Of a stretch of DNA of 64,000 bases, positions 38,995-50,244 are shown in pieces. Origin of the DNA: Puniceicoccales bacterium (lineage in GTDB: Bacteria > Verrucomicrobiota > Verrucomicrobiia > Opitutales > LL51); the NCBI GenBank assembly GCA_031255005.1, contig JAIRTH010000016.1, forward strand, positions 5,859-69,858, in the 5' to 3' direction. The position numbers were made by a program, and so were the translations under genes. The notes under the pieces are model-generated. The model was not told the DNA's origin. It did not search any database and was given only the letters and a program-made list of their open reading frames with translations. Numbering within the stretch: the first letter of the stretch is position 1; the number at the start of each line of letters is the position of its first letter.

Positions 38995-39086
38995 TATGTT
39001 GATTATTTAAATATCTGCAACATTTCGCCTACTTTAATCAAAATAGCATTGCTGAATTCAGTTAAAAATTTAGACATACATGCCAT

Positions 39087-40400
39087 ATGTTCGAAAATCT
39101 CACAGACAGGATGAGCGATGCGCTGCGCAAACTGCGAGGCATCGACAAGATTTCTGAAAAAAATATCGGCGAAGCTCTGCTAAGCGTAAAAGAGGCTCTG
39201 CTTACTTCGGATGTTAATTTCAAGGTGGTGACAAATTTTTTGGAGCGCGTCAGGACTGAATCCATCGGCCATGAAGTGACCCGAGGTGTTATGCCAGGAC
39301 AACAGATTATAAAAATCATCTACGATGAATTGATTACCACTCTGGGCAAAACCACTAGCCAGCTATCCTGTCAAAAACCACTGATAATAATGCTTGCCGG
39401 CTTACATGGCTCTGGTAAAACCACCACCAGTGTGAAATTGGCCAGGTTACTTAAAAAATCCGGGCACAAACCAGTGGTAATTGGTTGCGACGTCTACCGT
39501 CCAGCCGCCAATGATCAACTCGAAACATTGGCCAATTCCGAAGAAATAGCATGCCACATCGACAGATCTTCCAAAAATGCCGTCACCATAGCAAAGGCCG
39601 GATTGCAATGGGCCAATGACCTTGGCCACGATGCAATAATATTCGACACCGCCGGCCGCCTACAAATAGATACAGACCTCATCGAAGAGATTCGCCACAT
39701 CAAAAAAGCAATAAATCCAAACGAAATTTTGCTGGTGGCCGATGGAGCCATTGGCCAGGAAGCCGTCGACATAGCTAAACATTTCAACGATGCCCTCGAT
39801 CTCACCGGCATAATCTTAACAAAACTCGACGGAGATACCCATGGTGGAGCAGCTCTATCCATGACCTCCATCACCAACCTGCCAATAAAATTCATCGGTG
39901 TCGGCGAAAAAATGGACGCCCTGGATATCTTCCACCCCGAACGCATCGCCCAGCGAATCCTAGGCATGGGTGATATTGTTTCGCTGGTGGAAAAAGCCGA
40001 AGAACACATAGATGATCAGGAAGTTAAAAAGCTTGAAGAAAAATTGAAAAAATCAAAATTCGACTTGGACGATTTTCTCTCCCAAATACGCAATATAAAA
40101 AAAATGGGATCCCTCGAATCTTTGATCAATAATCTCCCCGGTGCCCATAAATTAGATCATGTGGATGGCGCCAACGAAAAATTAAAAATAACCGAATCCA
40201 TAATTTTATCCATGACCAAGGCCGAACGAAAAAATCCAAAAATTCTAGATGGTTCCAGGCGAAAACGAATCGCAAATGGCTCTGGTAGAACTGTGCAAGA
40301 TGTGAATATTTTACTGAAACAATTCACCAAAATGCAGGATATGATGAAAAAATTTAAAAACACCAGCGGTAGATCAAAATTTAGGTCCATGTTCGGTTAA
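39087..40400 (+). CDS. ffh: signal recognition particle protein Ffh (SRP54)
   Basis: MFENLTDRMSDALRKLRG N-domain, G-domain GLHGSGKTTT, DTAGR, TKLDGD, and an M-domain with a Met-rich end. Confidence 0.96.
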   Translation: MFENLTDRMSDALRKLRGIDKISEKNIGEALLSVKEALLTSDVNFKVVTNFLERVRTESIGHEVTRGVMPGQQIIKIIYDELITTLGKTTSQLSCQKPLIIMLAGLHGSGKTTTSVKLARLLKKSGHKPVVIGCDVYRPAANDQLETLANSEEIACHIDRSSKNAVTIAKAGLQWANDLGHDAIIFDTAGRLQIDTDLIEEIRHIKKAINPNEILLVADGAIGQEAVDIAKHFNDALDLTGIILTKLDGDTHGGAALSMTSITNLPIKFIGVGEKMDALDIFHPERIAQRILGMGDIVSLVEKAEEHIDDQEVKKLEEKLKKSKFDLDDFLSQIRNIKKMGSLESLINNLPGAHKLDHVDGANEKLKITESIILSMTKAERKNPKILDGSRRKRIANGSGRTVQDVNILLKQFTKMQDMMKKFKNTSGRSKFRSMFG

Positions 40401-40461
40401 TTTTGATTTTAGCGCTTTGATCTTGCTAAAATACAGCAATTGAGATCATAGTAAGCGATAG

Positions 40462-42891
40462 ATGAAAAGATTTTTTACACGCATGGCCGTAATATTTTGC
40501 TTAGCTATAAGTGCTTGCGCCATAACAACTTCCAATCAGGTCCAGGAAATATCCATAGCCAATCAGCAGTCATCAGAAGTATCAACAGCCAAACCAGTGT
40601 CACAGCCTGTGGCCTTATCGCCGGAGGAAAAAGTATTACCAAGCAAATTTTCCTTCGAAGATCTGAAATTCAAGCCATTGGAACCAACCATTGCCCATAT
40701 GTCTGAAACACTATTCATGGTAAAATGTCTAGAAGAAATCCACTACCTACACAAAAAACTCTCCATGATAAATTCCAAGGAAGTCATCAAAGATTTTCTA
40801 TCAAGTCTGGACTCCGCAAAAATGTATATGCTTCAATCTGAAGTGGATAACTACATGGATAGATTTTCTCTGACCCTGGATATTTTTCTAAGAGCTGGCA
40901 GTCTCAACCCAGCATTTACCATATTTGAAACCTTCAGAAACAAGTTGGTAAATAGAATAAAATCAATCCTTGATAATCTGGAAACCAAAGAATTTTCACT
41001 GGCCGAAAGCGATGCATTTTGTATAGATAGAGAAAAAGAACCATGGCCAAAGAATGAGATCGAAGCCGATTCGCTCTGGGATAAACGCCTGCGCTTTGAA
41101 CTTACAACCGAAATCCTTGCCCAGGAATTGAAAACCAAGAAAAAAATAGAGGATAGGGAAAATAAAGAAAAAGATGAAAAAAAAGCAGAAAAAACAGAGA
41201 AACAGCCCAAAACCATTGAACAAAAAGTCGCCAAGGCAAAAAAAAATATGAAGCAACGCTATGAAAATATACTGAAAATGTTCTCGGATATAGAACCATG
41301 GATAATCCAAGAATATTTTTTAAATAGCCTGGCAAAGAGATATGATCCTCATTCCAGCTTTTTGTCCAGTGACACCATGGAAGACATGAACACATCGCTC
41401 CATAACTCATTTGTGGGCATAGGCGCCCATCTCATCGATGACAATGGTTACTGCACTGTGCAGGAACTTATACCAGGTGGTCCCGCGGCCAAAAGTGGCC
41501 ACATCCATCCAGGAGATAAGATAGTTGCCATTGCCCAGGGCGATGAAAAATCTGTAAATATCATTGGCATGATGCTCCATAAAGTTGTAAAACTGCTAAA
41601 AGGAAAAAAAGACACCGTCGTAAAAATAACCATTCAGCCCAAGGAATCTGATCTGGAAGATCAAAATGTGGTAACTCTGATACGCGACGAAATCGAATTG
41701 ACCGCAAGTAGGGCTTCAGGAAGGCTATATAGCATCGGTGATCAAAGCCACAAAATTGGATACATAAAATTGCCCGGATTCTATGGCCACAATGACAAGG
41801 AGCCTAAAAATTCCAACAGCACTCACGATGTGCTAGAACTATTGAAAAAACTGAAATCAAACCATATCTCTGGCTTGATACTTGACCTACGAGATAATGG
41901 CGGCGGATTACTGGATGAGTCAGTTTCTCTGGCTGGCTTGTTCATAGATAAGGGTCCAGTGGTGCAAATACATGGTCAATTTGGCAATACCGAATGCCTG
42001 TGGAGCGAAAAAAATACCATCCAATGGCAAGGCCCCATGATAGTGTTGGTCTCAAAATTCAGTGCATCCGCCGCCGAAATATTACCCGGTGCCCTCAAGG
42101 ATCATCATCGGATCATAGTAATCGGCGAAGAAGCAACCCACGGAAAAGGATCTGTACAGGCACTGATCCCCATAGATAATTTTATAAAATTGGTAAAAGA
42201 TAATAAACTTGGTGCTGCCAAAATAACGCTGCAAAAATGGTATCTACCCAGCGGTAACTCCACTCAAATAAAAGGAGTTGAAGCTCACATTCCACTCAGT
42301 TCGTTCGATTCACTAGTCCCACTTGGCGAATCTTCTCTGCCCAACGCACTGCCCTGGGATTCGATAGCAGCAGCCAAGTATGATTACGTAGCCAATGCCA
42401 AACACTTTGGATTTTTTGTCGATGAAAAAACCATAGATACTCTGGCAACTAAAAGTAAAACCAGACAAAATTCGCTGCCGGAATTCAAGCTACTCACCGA
42501 ACGCATAGCCAATGCTAAGGAAAAATTGGACAATAAACAAATATCTCTAAACCTAGATAAACGCCGCCGAGAAAAAGAAAGCGAAGAAAATTTTAAGGAA
42601 AAGATTGAAAAGGAATTCGAAAAACTCGAAGCATCAGATTATAAGTACGCCGAAATCGTCCTCGATGCAGTCGAAAAGCAAAGCAAAGAAAAAGACAATA
42701 AAAAAGAACCAAAAAAATATAGACCGGATACCCATCTACGAGAAGCAATTAGGGTAATGATTGACTGGCTCAATCTCTCGGAATTACCAAAACCTGACCA
42801 ACTTTTAAGCTATCTGGAGCCTTTAATTTATCGCCATTGGCCGCAAAAATTACATTCCATTTCTCCGAAGATCCATATACCTTTTGGCTGA
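40462..42891 (+). CDS. tail-specific / C-terminal processing protease (S41 family, Prc-like) with K/E-rich insertion
   Basis: Signal leader, PDZ region (GIGAHLIDDNGYCTVQELIPGGPAAKSGHIHPGDKIVAI), S41 catalytic region (LDLRDNGGGLL, SASAAEI, THGKGSVQ), and a lysine/glutamate-rich insert around residues 220-260. Confidence 0.85.
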   Translation: MKRFFTRMAVIFCLAISACAITTSNQVQEISIANQQSSEVSTAKPVSQPVALSPEEKVLPSKFSFEDLKFKPLEPTIAHMSETLFMVKCLEEIHYLHKKLSMINSKEVIKDFLSSLDSAKMYMLQSEVDNYMDRFSLTLDIFLRAGSLNPAFTIFETFRNKLVNRIKSILDNLETKEFSLAESDAFCIDREKEPWPKNEIEADSLWDKRLRFELTTEILAQELKTKKKIEDRENKEKDEKKAEKTEKQPKTIEQKVAKAKKNMKQRYENILKMFSDIEPWIIQEYFLNSLAKRYDPHSSFLSSDTMEDMNTSLHNSFVGIGAHLIDDNGYCTVQELIPGGPAAKSGHIHPGDKIVAIAQGDEKSVNIIGMMLHKVVKLLKGKKDTVVKITIQPKESDLEDQNVVTLIRDEIELTASRASGRLYSIGDQSHKIGYIKLPGFYGHNDKEPKNSNSTHDVLELLKKLKSNHISGLILDLRDNGGGLLDESVSLAGLFIDKGPVVQIHGQFGNTECLWSEKNTIQWQGPMIVLVSKFSASAAEILPGALKDHHRIIVIGEEATHGKGSVQALIPIDNFIKLVKDNKLGAAKITLQKWYLPSGNSTQIKGVEAHIPLSSFDSLVPLGESSLPNALPWDSIAAAKYDYVANAKHFGFFVDEKTIDTLATKSKTRQNSLPEFKLLTERIANAKEKLDNKQISLNLDKRRREKESEENFKEKIEKEFEKLEASDYKYAEIVLDAVEKQSKEKDNKKEPKKYRPDTHLREAIRVMIDWLNLSELPKPDQLLSYLEPLIYRHWPQKLHSISPKIHIPFG

Positions 42892-43528
42892 TGCTCGAAA
42901 GCGTATCACCGGCCAAAACTGTATAGCTATTCAGCGAACCTTGCAGCTGTCGATTTTCAGAAAAATAGATATCTTTTTCACTGATATTTTCTGCTTTCCT
43001 TAGCTCATCCAGCTGTCTTTTCAGCGAAATATTCTCTTCTCGTAGCCGCTTCAACAAAACCAGAAAATTCTGATTATCATAGCCTTCTGCACTTTTGCCG
43101 AGCAATTTTTGCACAAAGCGTTTTTGAGCAGTCTCGACCATTTGTGTCACCAAATTATCCTCCAGCGTGGATGAAGATTTCAACAAAAACTGACGAAAAT
43201 GATAGATGGCCATCACCGGATCATCATATTTTTCCAAATAAATTTTACCGGCCTCCAAATGAGATCTGGGTGCACTTTTCCTTTCATCAATGACGGCAAG
43301 AAATTTATCCATGGCATCCACATCTCTACCTTCTCTTTGCAACCTTTGTCCGGCGACAAACCTTTTATCATCAACTTCTTCTGTACTCAATTCATTGCCA
43401 GATTTACAGCAACCACTCACCGTGGCTAGACAACCTAAAACAATAATCTTTCTCCGTATAGAAAAGTCCATACACCCAGATGATTTTAATCTACAACATA
43501 AAAATATTTTTGAAATAAAAATTTTCAT
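42770..43528 (-). CDS. LysM-domain lipoprotein-like protein
   Basis: Lipobox-like LGCLATVSGC. C-terminal LysM domain YTVLAGDTLSSISQKVYGSSEKWNVIFAANGDKLKAPDSLKVGQVLVIP. Its 3' end overlaps the convergent protease ORF by 122 nt. Confidence 0.8.
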   Translation of the reverse strand: MKIFISKIFLCCRLKSSGCMDFSIRRKIIVLGCLATVSGCCKSGNELSTEEVDDKRFVAGQRLQREGRDVDAMDKFLAVIDERKSAPRSHLEAGKIYLEKYDDPVMAIYHFRQFLLKSSSTLEDNLVTQMVETAQKRFVQKLLGKSAEGYDNQNFLVLLKRLREENISLKRQLDELRKAENISEKDIYFSENRQLQGSLNSYTVLAGDTLSSISQKVYGSSEKWNVIFAANGDKLKAPDSLKVGQVLVIPRD

Positions 43529-43562
43529 TTACGGCAATTCTGTAATTGCATTCTTTAGCTCT

Positions 43563-44330
43563 GTGCCAACAAAAAATTTCTTAAGTTTCCGAGAATTGGT
43601 TTTGCTAGATAAACCAACAAAAATAGATATAATTCATAATTGCAATGATTTTATCGCACTAAATAAACCAAATTTCATCGAACTGGACGATTCGGCTCAA
43701 CAGCATGGTAAAAATATAGTGACCGCCCTCCGAGGAAAAAAGCCAGAGGCGTTTTACAGATCCGTGTACCCACTGGATTGCCATATCAGCGGCTGCGCGA
43801 TCATCGCCACCCATCGCAAAGCTTCGGAATTACTTAGAAATGCCTATGGATCCGAGATCCTGCTATTCAGGTTCACGATGCTTTGTAAAAACACAGAACA
43901 TGTTGAATCTGAGATTATTTGCGAGCTGCCATTGGCCAAGCATTTTTCAAAGCCCATGGCCATCATTTCTCGGAACACTGGAAAAAAATCTCGGACAAAA
44001 TTTAAATTAATGGAACAAATAGGCGATTTTTCCATCTATGAAGCTTCCTGCCATTACCTACGATATCATCAACTTCGCATCCATGGAGCCACTTGTGGCC
44101 TAAAGCTATTGGGCGAAGATATCTACAATGATGTGCCCATTCCAAGTCTCAGGTATTTTAAAAAAATTCATTTCGAAAAAAAACCATCCACAGCTCTGTT
44201 CCACAGTCAATGTATTCATCTTAGTCAGGTCATTTTGCATTCATCCATCTATGGCCATGAAATAACTCTGGAAGCTAAGCCACCGAAAAACTTTGAAATT
44301 TTATTGAAAATCATCAGAAAATTTTCATGA
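43563..44330 (+). CDS. RluA-family pseudouridine synthase-like protein (second copy)
   Basis: FIALNKPNF, PLDCHISGCAII (Asp retained; RLD becomes PLD) and YHQLRIH. The ORF-track start at 43290 is antisense to the LysM gene. The first plausible in-frame start after it is the GTG at 43563, so the start is uncertain. Confidence 0.65.
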   Translation: MPTKNFLSFRELVLLDKPTKIDIIHNCNDFIALNKPNFIELDDSAQQHGKNIVTALRGKKPEAFYRSVYPLDCHISGCAIIATHRKASELLRNAYGSEILLFRFTMLCKNTEHVESEIICELPLAKHFSKPMAIISRNTGKKSRTKFKLMEQIGDFSIYEASCHYLRYHQLRIHGATCGLKLLGEDIYNDVPIPSLRYFKKIHFEKKPSTALFHSQCIHLSQVILHSSIYGHEITLEAKPPKNFEILLKIIRKFS

Positions 44331-44806
44331 GAATTGGCATTGGTTTTGATGTTCATCGACTGGTTTTTGGCCGAGATCTGATACTTGGTGGCATAAAAAT
44401 ACCTAATGACAAAGGACTTCTTGGACATTCCGATGCGGATTGTCTATGCCATGCTTTGGCGGATGCCATCCTCGGAGCCTTGGCTTTACCAAATATAGGG
44501 CAGCTATTTCCCGACGATGATGAAGGCAATCGCGGATTAGTATCACTAAAAATCCTGACCAAAGCCACACTAATGGCCATGGAGCGAGGTTATCGCATTG
44601 TAAATATCGATGCTATATTGAGGGCCGAGCGACCGCAACTGGCACCTTTTATATCGAAGATGCAAGAAACCTTGGCTGCTGCCATGGATATAAATTCTTC
44701 GCAGATTGGCATTAAAGCGACAACCAATGAAGGTCTTGATGCCATCGGAAGTGGCGACGCCATAGCCTGCCACGCCATATGTCTACTGAACGAAATCAAT
44801 AAATAG
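44327..44806 (+). CDS. ispF: 2-C-methyl-D-erythritol 2,4-cyclodiphosphate synthase IspF
   Basis: MRIGIGFDVHRL, GHSDADCLCHAL and KATTNEGL motifs. Start overlaps the upstream stop (ATGA). Confidence 0.95.
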   Translation: MRIGIGFDVHRLVFGRDLILGGIKIPNDKGLLGHSDADCLCHALADAILGALALPNIGQLFPDDDEGNRGLVSLKILTKATLMAMERGYRIVNIDAILRAERPQLAPFISKMQETLAAAMDINSSQIGIKATTNEGLDAIGSGDAIACHAICLLNEINK

Positions 44807-44834
44807 GCCGATGGATAAAGTTCTCTATCGGCCT
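44805..44834. terminator. hairpin between convergent ispF and groEL (possible bidirectional terminator)
   Basis: 8-bp GC-rich stem AGGCCGAT / ATCGGCCT with a 14-nt loop. Overlaps the ispF stop. The minus-strand side is followed by an A/T-rich run. Confidence 0.4.
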
Positions 44835-44872
44835 AGCATTCAAATGGATAGTAATCCTTTTCTTTGGCTAAA

Positions 44873-46531
<1,659 letters not shown>

Positions 46532-46831
46532 TTATTTAAGTATAGCCAATAGATCATCACTCCTGACCAACGAATAGGTTTCATCACCAAGTTTGACCTC
46601 GGTACCGCCGTATTTGCTGACCAAAACCCGGTCACCGACCTTAACATCAAACTCAATTCTTTCACCATCTTCGTCGCGTTTACCCGTCCCAAGGGCCACA
46701 ATGGTAGCCTCCTGAGATTTTTCCTTCGCCGAATCAGGTATGATTATTCCACCTTTTACTTGCTCCTTCTCCTCGGACTGTTTAACGAGGATTCGATCAC
46801 CTAATGGTTGTATATTTTCTTTCATATTCAT
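46532..46831 (-). CDS. groS: co-chaperonin GroES
   Basis: [29 protein letters not shown]... The ORF-track N-terminal extension to 46885 overlaps dnaK, so the ATG at 46831 (or 46825) is preferred. Confidence 0.93.
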   Translation of the reverse strand: MNMKENIQPLGDRILVKQSEEKEQVKGGIIIPDSAKEKSQEATIVALGTGKRDEDGERIEFDVKVGDRVLVSKYGGTEVKLGDETYSLVRSDDLLAILK

Positions 46832-46868
46832 AATATTTTCCAATGCAAAATTGTTCATCCATTGTCCA

Positions 46869-48788
46869 CTAATTTTTACCATCATCTATCACCTCAAAAT
46901 CCGCATCCACCACCCCTTCGGGTTTTTTCTGTGAAGCTTCCTCGGCCGCACCATTGCTTTCCTCCTTAGGCTGGACATTTTTATATAATTCCTGGGCCAT
47001 GTTCTGGAAAACCCTTGTTAGTGCTTCTTGGGCAGATTTCAATTCTTCCACCGACGCTCCATTGTTTTCAAAGACTTTTTTTGCCTCATTTACCGCAGTT
47101 TCAAGTTTATTCCTATCTTCTTCGGAAAGTTTATCCGCTGTATCTTTTATCTGTTTTTCAGTCTGATAGATAAACGAATCCAAATGATTTCTAACTTCCA
47201 CCTTTTCCTTTTCTTTTTTATCCGCTTCGGCGAATTTTTCAGCTTCTTTTCTCAACTTTTCCACCTCCTCCTCGGATAATCCTGAGGCTCCGGAAATGGT
47301 TATGTGCTGATTTTTGCCACTGCCCAAATCTTTGGCCGACACGTTCAAAATGCCGCTGGCATCTATATCGAAGGTAACCTCTATTTGTGGAAGACCTCTT
47401 TGGGCGATGGGAATGCCATCTAATCTAAAGATACCCAACATCTTATTGTCTTTTGCCATGGGGCGTTCACCTTGGAGAATCTTTATGTCCACCGCAGTCT
47501 GATTATCAGCGTAGGTGGAAAACACCTGAGTCTTTTTCGTTGGAATCGTCGTATTGCGTTCGATCATCGGCGTCGACACACTGCCGGCAGTTTCTATGCC
47601 AAGGGTCAATGGAGTCACGTCAAGCAGAAGCACATCAGTGACTTCGCCCTTCAAAACACCACCTTGAATTGCAGCCCCTACGGCAACCACTTCATCGGGA
47701 TTAACACCCTGATGAGGTTCTTTCCCAGCTATTTGCTTGGCCGTCTCGACAACCTTTGGAGATCGGGTCATGCCACCGACCAAAACCAATTCATTTATAT
47801 CCGAAGCACTAAAACCAGCATCCTTCAGACAATTTCTGCAGGGAGCTATGGTTCTTTGATAGAGATCATCGCAGATTTGCTCAAGCTGTGGCCGACTTAA
47901 TGTAACATTAAGATGCTTCGGGCCATTGGCATCGGCGGTAACGAATGGCAGATTTATGTCGGTTTGTTGGGCCGATGATAGAGCAATTTTTGCCTTCTCA
48001 GCCTCTTCCTTAAGTCGTTGATGAGCAACCGGATCATTTCTTAAATCTATGCCATTTTCTTTTTTAAAATCATCGGCCAACCAGTTGATGACCGCACTAT
48101 CCCAATCATCGCCACCAAGATGAGTATCTCCATTGGTTGCTTTGACTTCAAACACACCATCGCCTATTTCTAAAATCGATATGTCGAAGGTGCCACCACC
48201 CAGGTCATAGATCGCAATTTTCTTTTCACCTTTTTTATCCAGGCCATAGGCCAAAGAAGCGGCTGTGGGTTCATTTATAATGCGCAAAACCTCCAACCCT
48301 GCGATTGTACCGGCATCCTTGGTGGCCTGGCGCTGAGCATCATTGAAATAGGCCGGTACAGTTATAACTGCCTGGGTAACTTTCTCTCCTAGATAGGTTT
48401 CCGCATCAGCTTTTAGCTTTGCCAAAATCATAGATGATATCTGTTCCGGCGAAAATATTTCGGTTTTATCGCCAACTTTGCATTGAATACAAGCAGCACC
48501 ATTCTTACCAGCCACCACCTTATAGGGCAGCGAATCGGCCAATTCTTTAATTTCATCGTATTTGTGCCCAATCAATCGTTTCGCCGAAAAAATAGTGTTT
48601 TGTGGATTCGTAATTGCCTGTCGTTTAGCTGCTTGCCCCACAAGCCTATGACCAGACTTTGCAAAAGCGACCACCGATGGCGTGGTTCTTGCTCCCTCGG
48701 AATTTGGAATGACCACTGCTTCGCCGCCCTCCATAACGGCCATACATGAATTGGTTGTCCCAAGATCTATACCTAAAATTTTTGCCAT
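46869..48788 (-). CDS. dnaK: chaperone DnaK (Hsp70)
   Basis: [23 protein letters not shown] and VGGMTR motifs, with an acidic C-terminal tail. AGGAG lies 10 nt upstream of the ATG. Confidence 0.98.
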   Translation of the reverse strand: MAKILGIDLGTTNSCMAVMEGGEAVVIPNSEGARTTPSVVAFAKSGHRLVGQAAKRQAITNPQNTIFSAKRLIGHKYDEIKELADSLPYKVVAGKNGAACIQCKVGDKTEIFSPEQISSMILAKLKADAETYLGEKVTQAVITVPAYFNDAQRQATKDAGTIAGLEVLRIINEPTAASLAYGLDKKGEKKIAIYDLGGGTFDISILEIGDGVFEVKATNGDTHLGGDDWDSAVINWLADDFKKENGIDLRNDPVAHQRLKEEAEKAKIALSSAQQTDINLPFVTADANGPKHLNVTLSRPQLEQICDDLYQRTIAPCRNCLKDAGFSASDINELVLVGGMTRSPKVVETAKQIAGKEPHQGVNPDEVVAVGAAIQGGVLKGEVTDVLLLDVTPLTLGIETAGSVSTPMIERNTTIPTKKTQVFSTYADNQTAVDIKILQGERPMAKDNKMLGIFRLDGIPIAQRGLPQIEVTFDIDASGILNVSAKDLGSGKNQHITISGASGLSEEEVEKLRKEAEKFAEADKKEKEKVEVRNHLDSFIYQTEKQIKDTADKLSEEDRNKLETAVNEAKKVFENNGASVEELKSAQEALTRVFQNMAQELYKNVQPKEESNGAAEEASQKKPEGVVDADFEVIDDGKN

Positions 48789-48973
48789 AATTTATTAACT
48801 CCTATCTGCAAAAATATATAGCAATTTTTGTTCCCAAAAGGCAAAAAAATAAAAAAAATAATCTAAATTTTTTTACAGAAATTAAAAATTACCGAATTTA
48901 TTGACTAAACACAAAGCACTCTCTATAGTATAATTTAATCTTTAATTCAAACTCCATTAAGAAGATAAAGTGT

Positions 48974-49918
48974 TTGATATTTAAAAAAATTGGTACATTT
49001 TTTAGAAAATTCATTTCCATGTTTAAATTCATACTATGGCCATTTAGAATTTTATTCACCACTGCATCCATTGGCAAAAAATTACTATCGATGCTATTAA
49101 TTACGCTTTTCTCCTCTCTTGTACTTCTGCTATTGGCGGCACTAACCATCAATTTTTGGCTGCCAACGGCCATCAAAATTTACTCCAAGCATAAATTTGG
49201 GTTTACGATAATTGTGCGTGAATCTCGCTGCAACGTCTTTAATGGCATCATAGATTTTCGAGACCTAATCATCCAAAACCCCAAAGGGCAATTTGAGTGC
49301 ATTGATCTCGCGAAATTCGACATCATATCTGGAAAGCTTGCCCTAACAGAGATGGTAAAAAAATCCATGACCATTGATAATATCGTATTAAACCTCCGTG
49401 AGTTATGGATTTCACGGCCACCGATCTCTGTCAGCAACATAGAGATACTAATCGACAGATTCACCAAAAGTGGCCATAAAGCAGAAACCAATGAAAACAC
49501 AGGTGATAGCTGCCATTTCATTGCGAAAACTGTCACCGTCAAAATTGGCATAGTTAACTTCCTAAATTTCAATCTAGGTAAAAAAAGAGGCAAAAAACTC
49601 CGGATAAATTATTCAAAAGATTTTTATAATGTGTCTAATTGGGAATATATTGCAAAACAGTTATGTGTAGACTTTTTCAAATATGACAATGATCATTTAA
49701 TTTCCTCTTTCTTTTCTTCAATGACAGAAATACCTGAGCTAAACATGGTAACTACTGCAATAAAATCCATCAACAGCTTTTTTAAAAAAACCATCAATAA
49801 TTTAGGCAGAGTCACCGATGACAACGCTCCAACACCAACAACAAATCCACCAAGCCAACGGAAAAAATATCGACGTAATTCAACCCGGAGGCCAGGCCAA
49901 CGGTCGACCAGCCAGTAG
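48974..49918 (+). CDS. membrane-anchored hypothetical protein (314 aa), possibly AsmA/DUF748-like; basic C-terminal tail
   Basis: TTG start (an alternative ATG lies at 19 codons in, 49019). One long hydrophobic anchor LLSMLLITLFSSLVLLLLAALTINFWL. The pattern FRDLIIQNPKG...KLALTEM is reminiscent of AsmA-type N-termini, which is tentative. The tail reads QRKKYRRNSTRRPGQRSTSQ. Confidence 0.5.
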   Translation: MIFKKIGTFFRKFISMFKFILWPFRILFTTASIGKKLLSMLLITLFSSLVLLLLAALTINFWLPTAIKIYSKHKFGFTIIVRESRCNVFNGIIDFRDLIIQNPKGQFECIDLAKFDIISGKLALTEMVKKSMTIDNIVLNLRELWISRPPISVSNIEILIDRFTKSGHKAETNENTGDSCHFIAKTVTVKIGIVNFLNFNLGKKRGKKLRINYSKDFYNVSNWEYIAKQLCVDFFKYDNDHLISSFFSSMTEIPELNMVTTAIKSINSFFKKTINNLGRVTDDNAPTPTTNPPSQRKKYRRNSTRRPGQRSTSQ

Positions 49919-50242
49919 ATGAACATGTAAATGCGGAACTGTCTCGCCGGCCATCAACCCATTGTTTATTACCAGCCTAAAACCAGTTTCCAGAGACTTT
50001 TTCTGAGCAAAATCACTGGCAGCTCTCAGTAAATTTCCAAGAATATTAATATCCACATCTGTGACCTCTGAAATTCTAGGAATGTATTTTTTTGGAATGA
50101 TCAACACATGGATTGGCGCCTGGGGATTTATATCATTTATTATGATGCAAAATTCATCCTCGAATAATATCTCGCTCTTGACCTCTCCATCGATGATTTT
50201 CTGAAATATTGTATTATTTTCCACGATTTTAACTCTAAGCAA
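49880..50242 (-). CDS. HIT-family (histidine triad) nucleotide hydrolase
   Basis: FQKIIDGE..., HVLIIPKK, and the triad motif VPHLHVHLL. Confidence 0.9.
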   Translation of the reverse strand: MLRVKIVENNTIFQKIIDGEVKSEILFEDEFCIIINDINPQAPIHVLIIPKKYIPRISEVTDVDINILGNLLRAASDFAQKKSLETGFRLVINNGLMAGETVPHLHVHLLAGRPLAWPPG

Positions 50243-50244
50243 AG

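Noticed and set aside
43290-43562. N-terminal 91 codons of the ORF-track call 43290..44330
   Set aside because: This part is antisense to the well-supported LysM gene and has no similarity to RluA N-termini. The pseudouridine-synthase homology begins after 43563.
46832-46885. N-terminal extension of the groES ORF ([18 protein letters not shown])
   Set aside because: It overlaps the dnaK 3' end. GroES homology starts at [17 protein letters not shown].
48789-48973. CIRCE (HrcA operator) upstream of dnaK
   Set aside because: Only one half-site-like sequence (AAGCACTC) is present. The required inverted partner GAGTGCTAA 9 nt away is absent.
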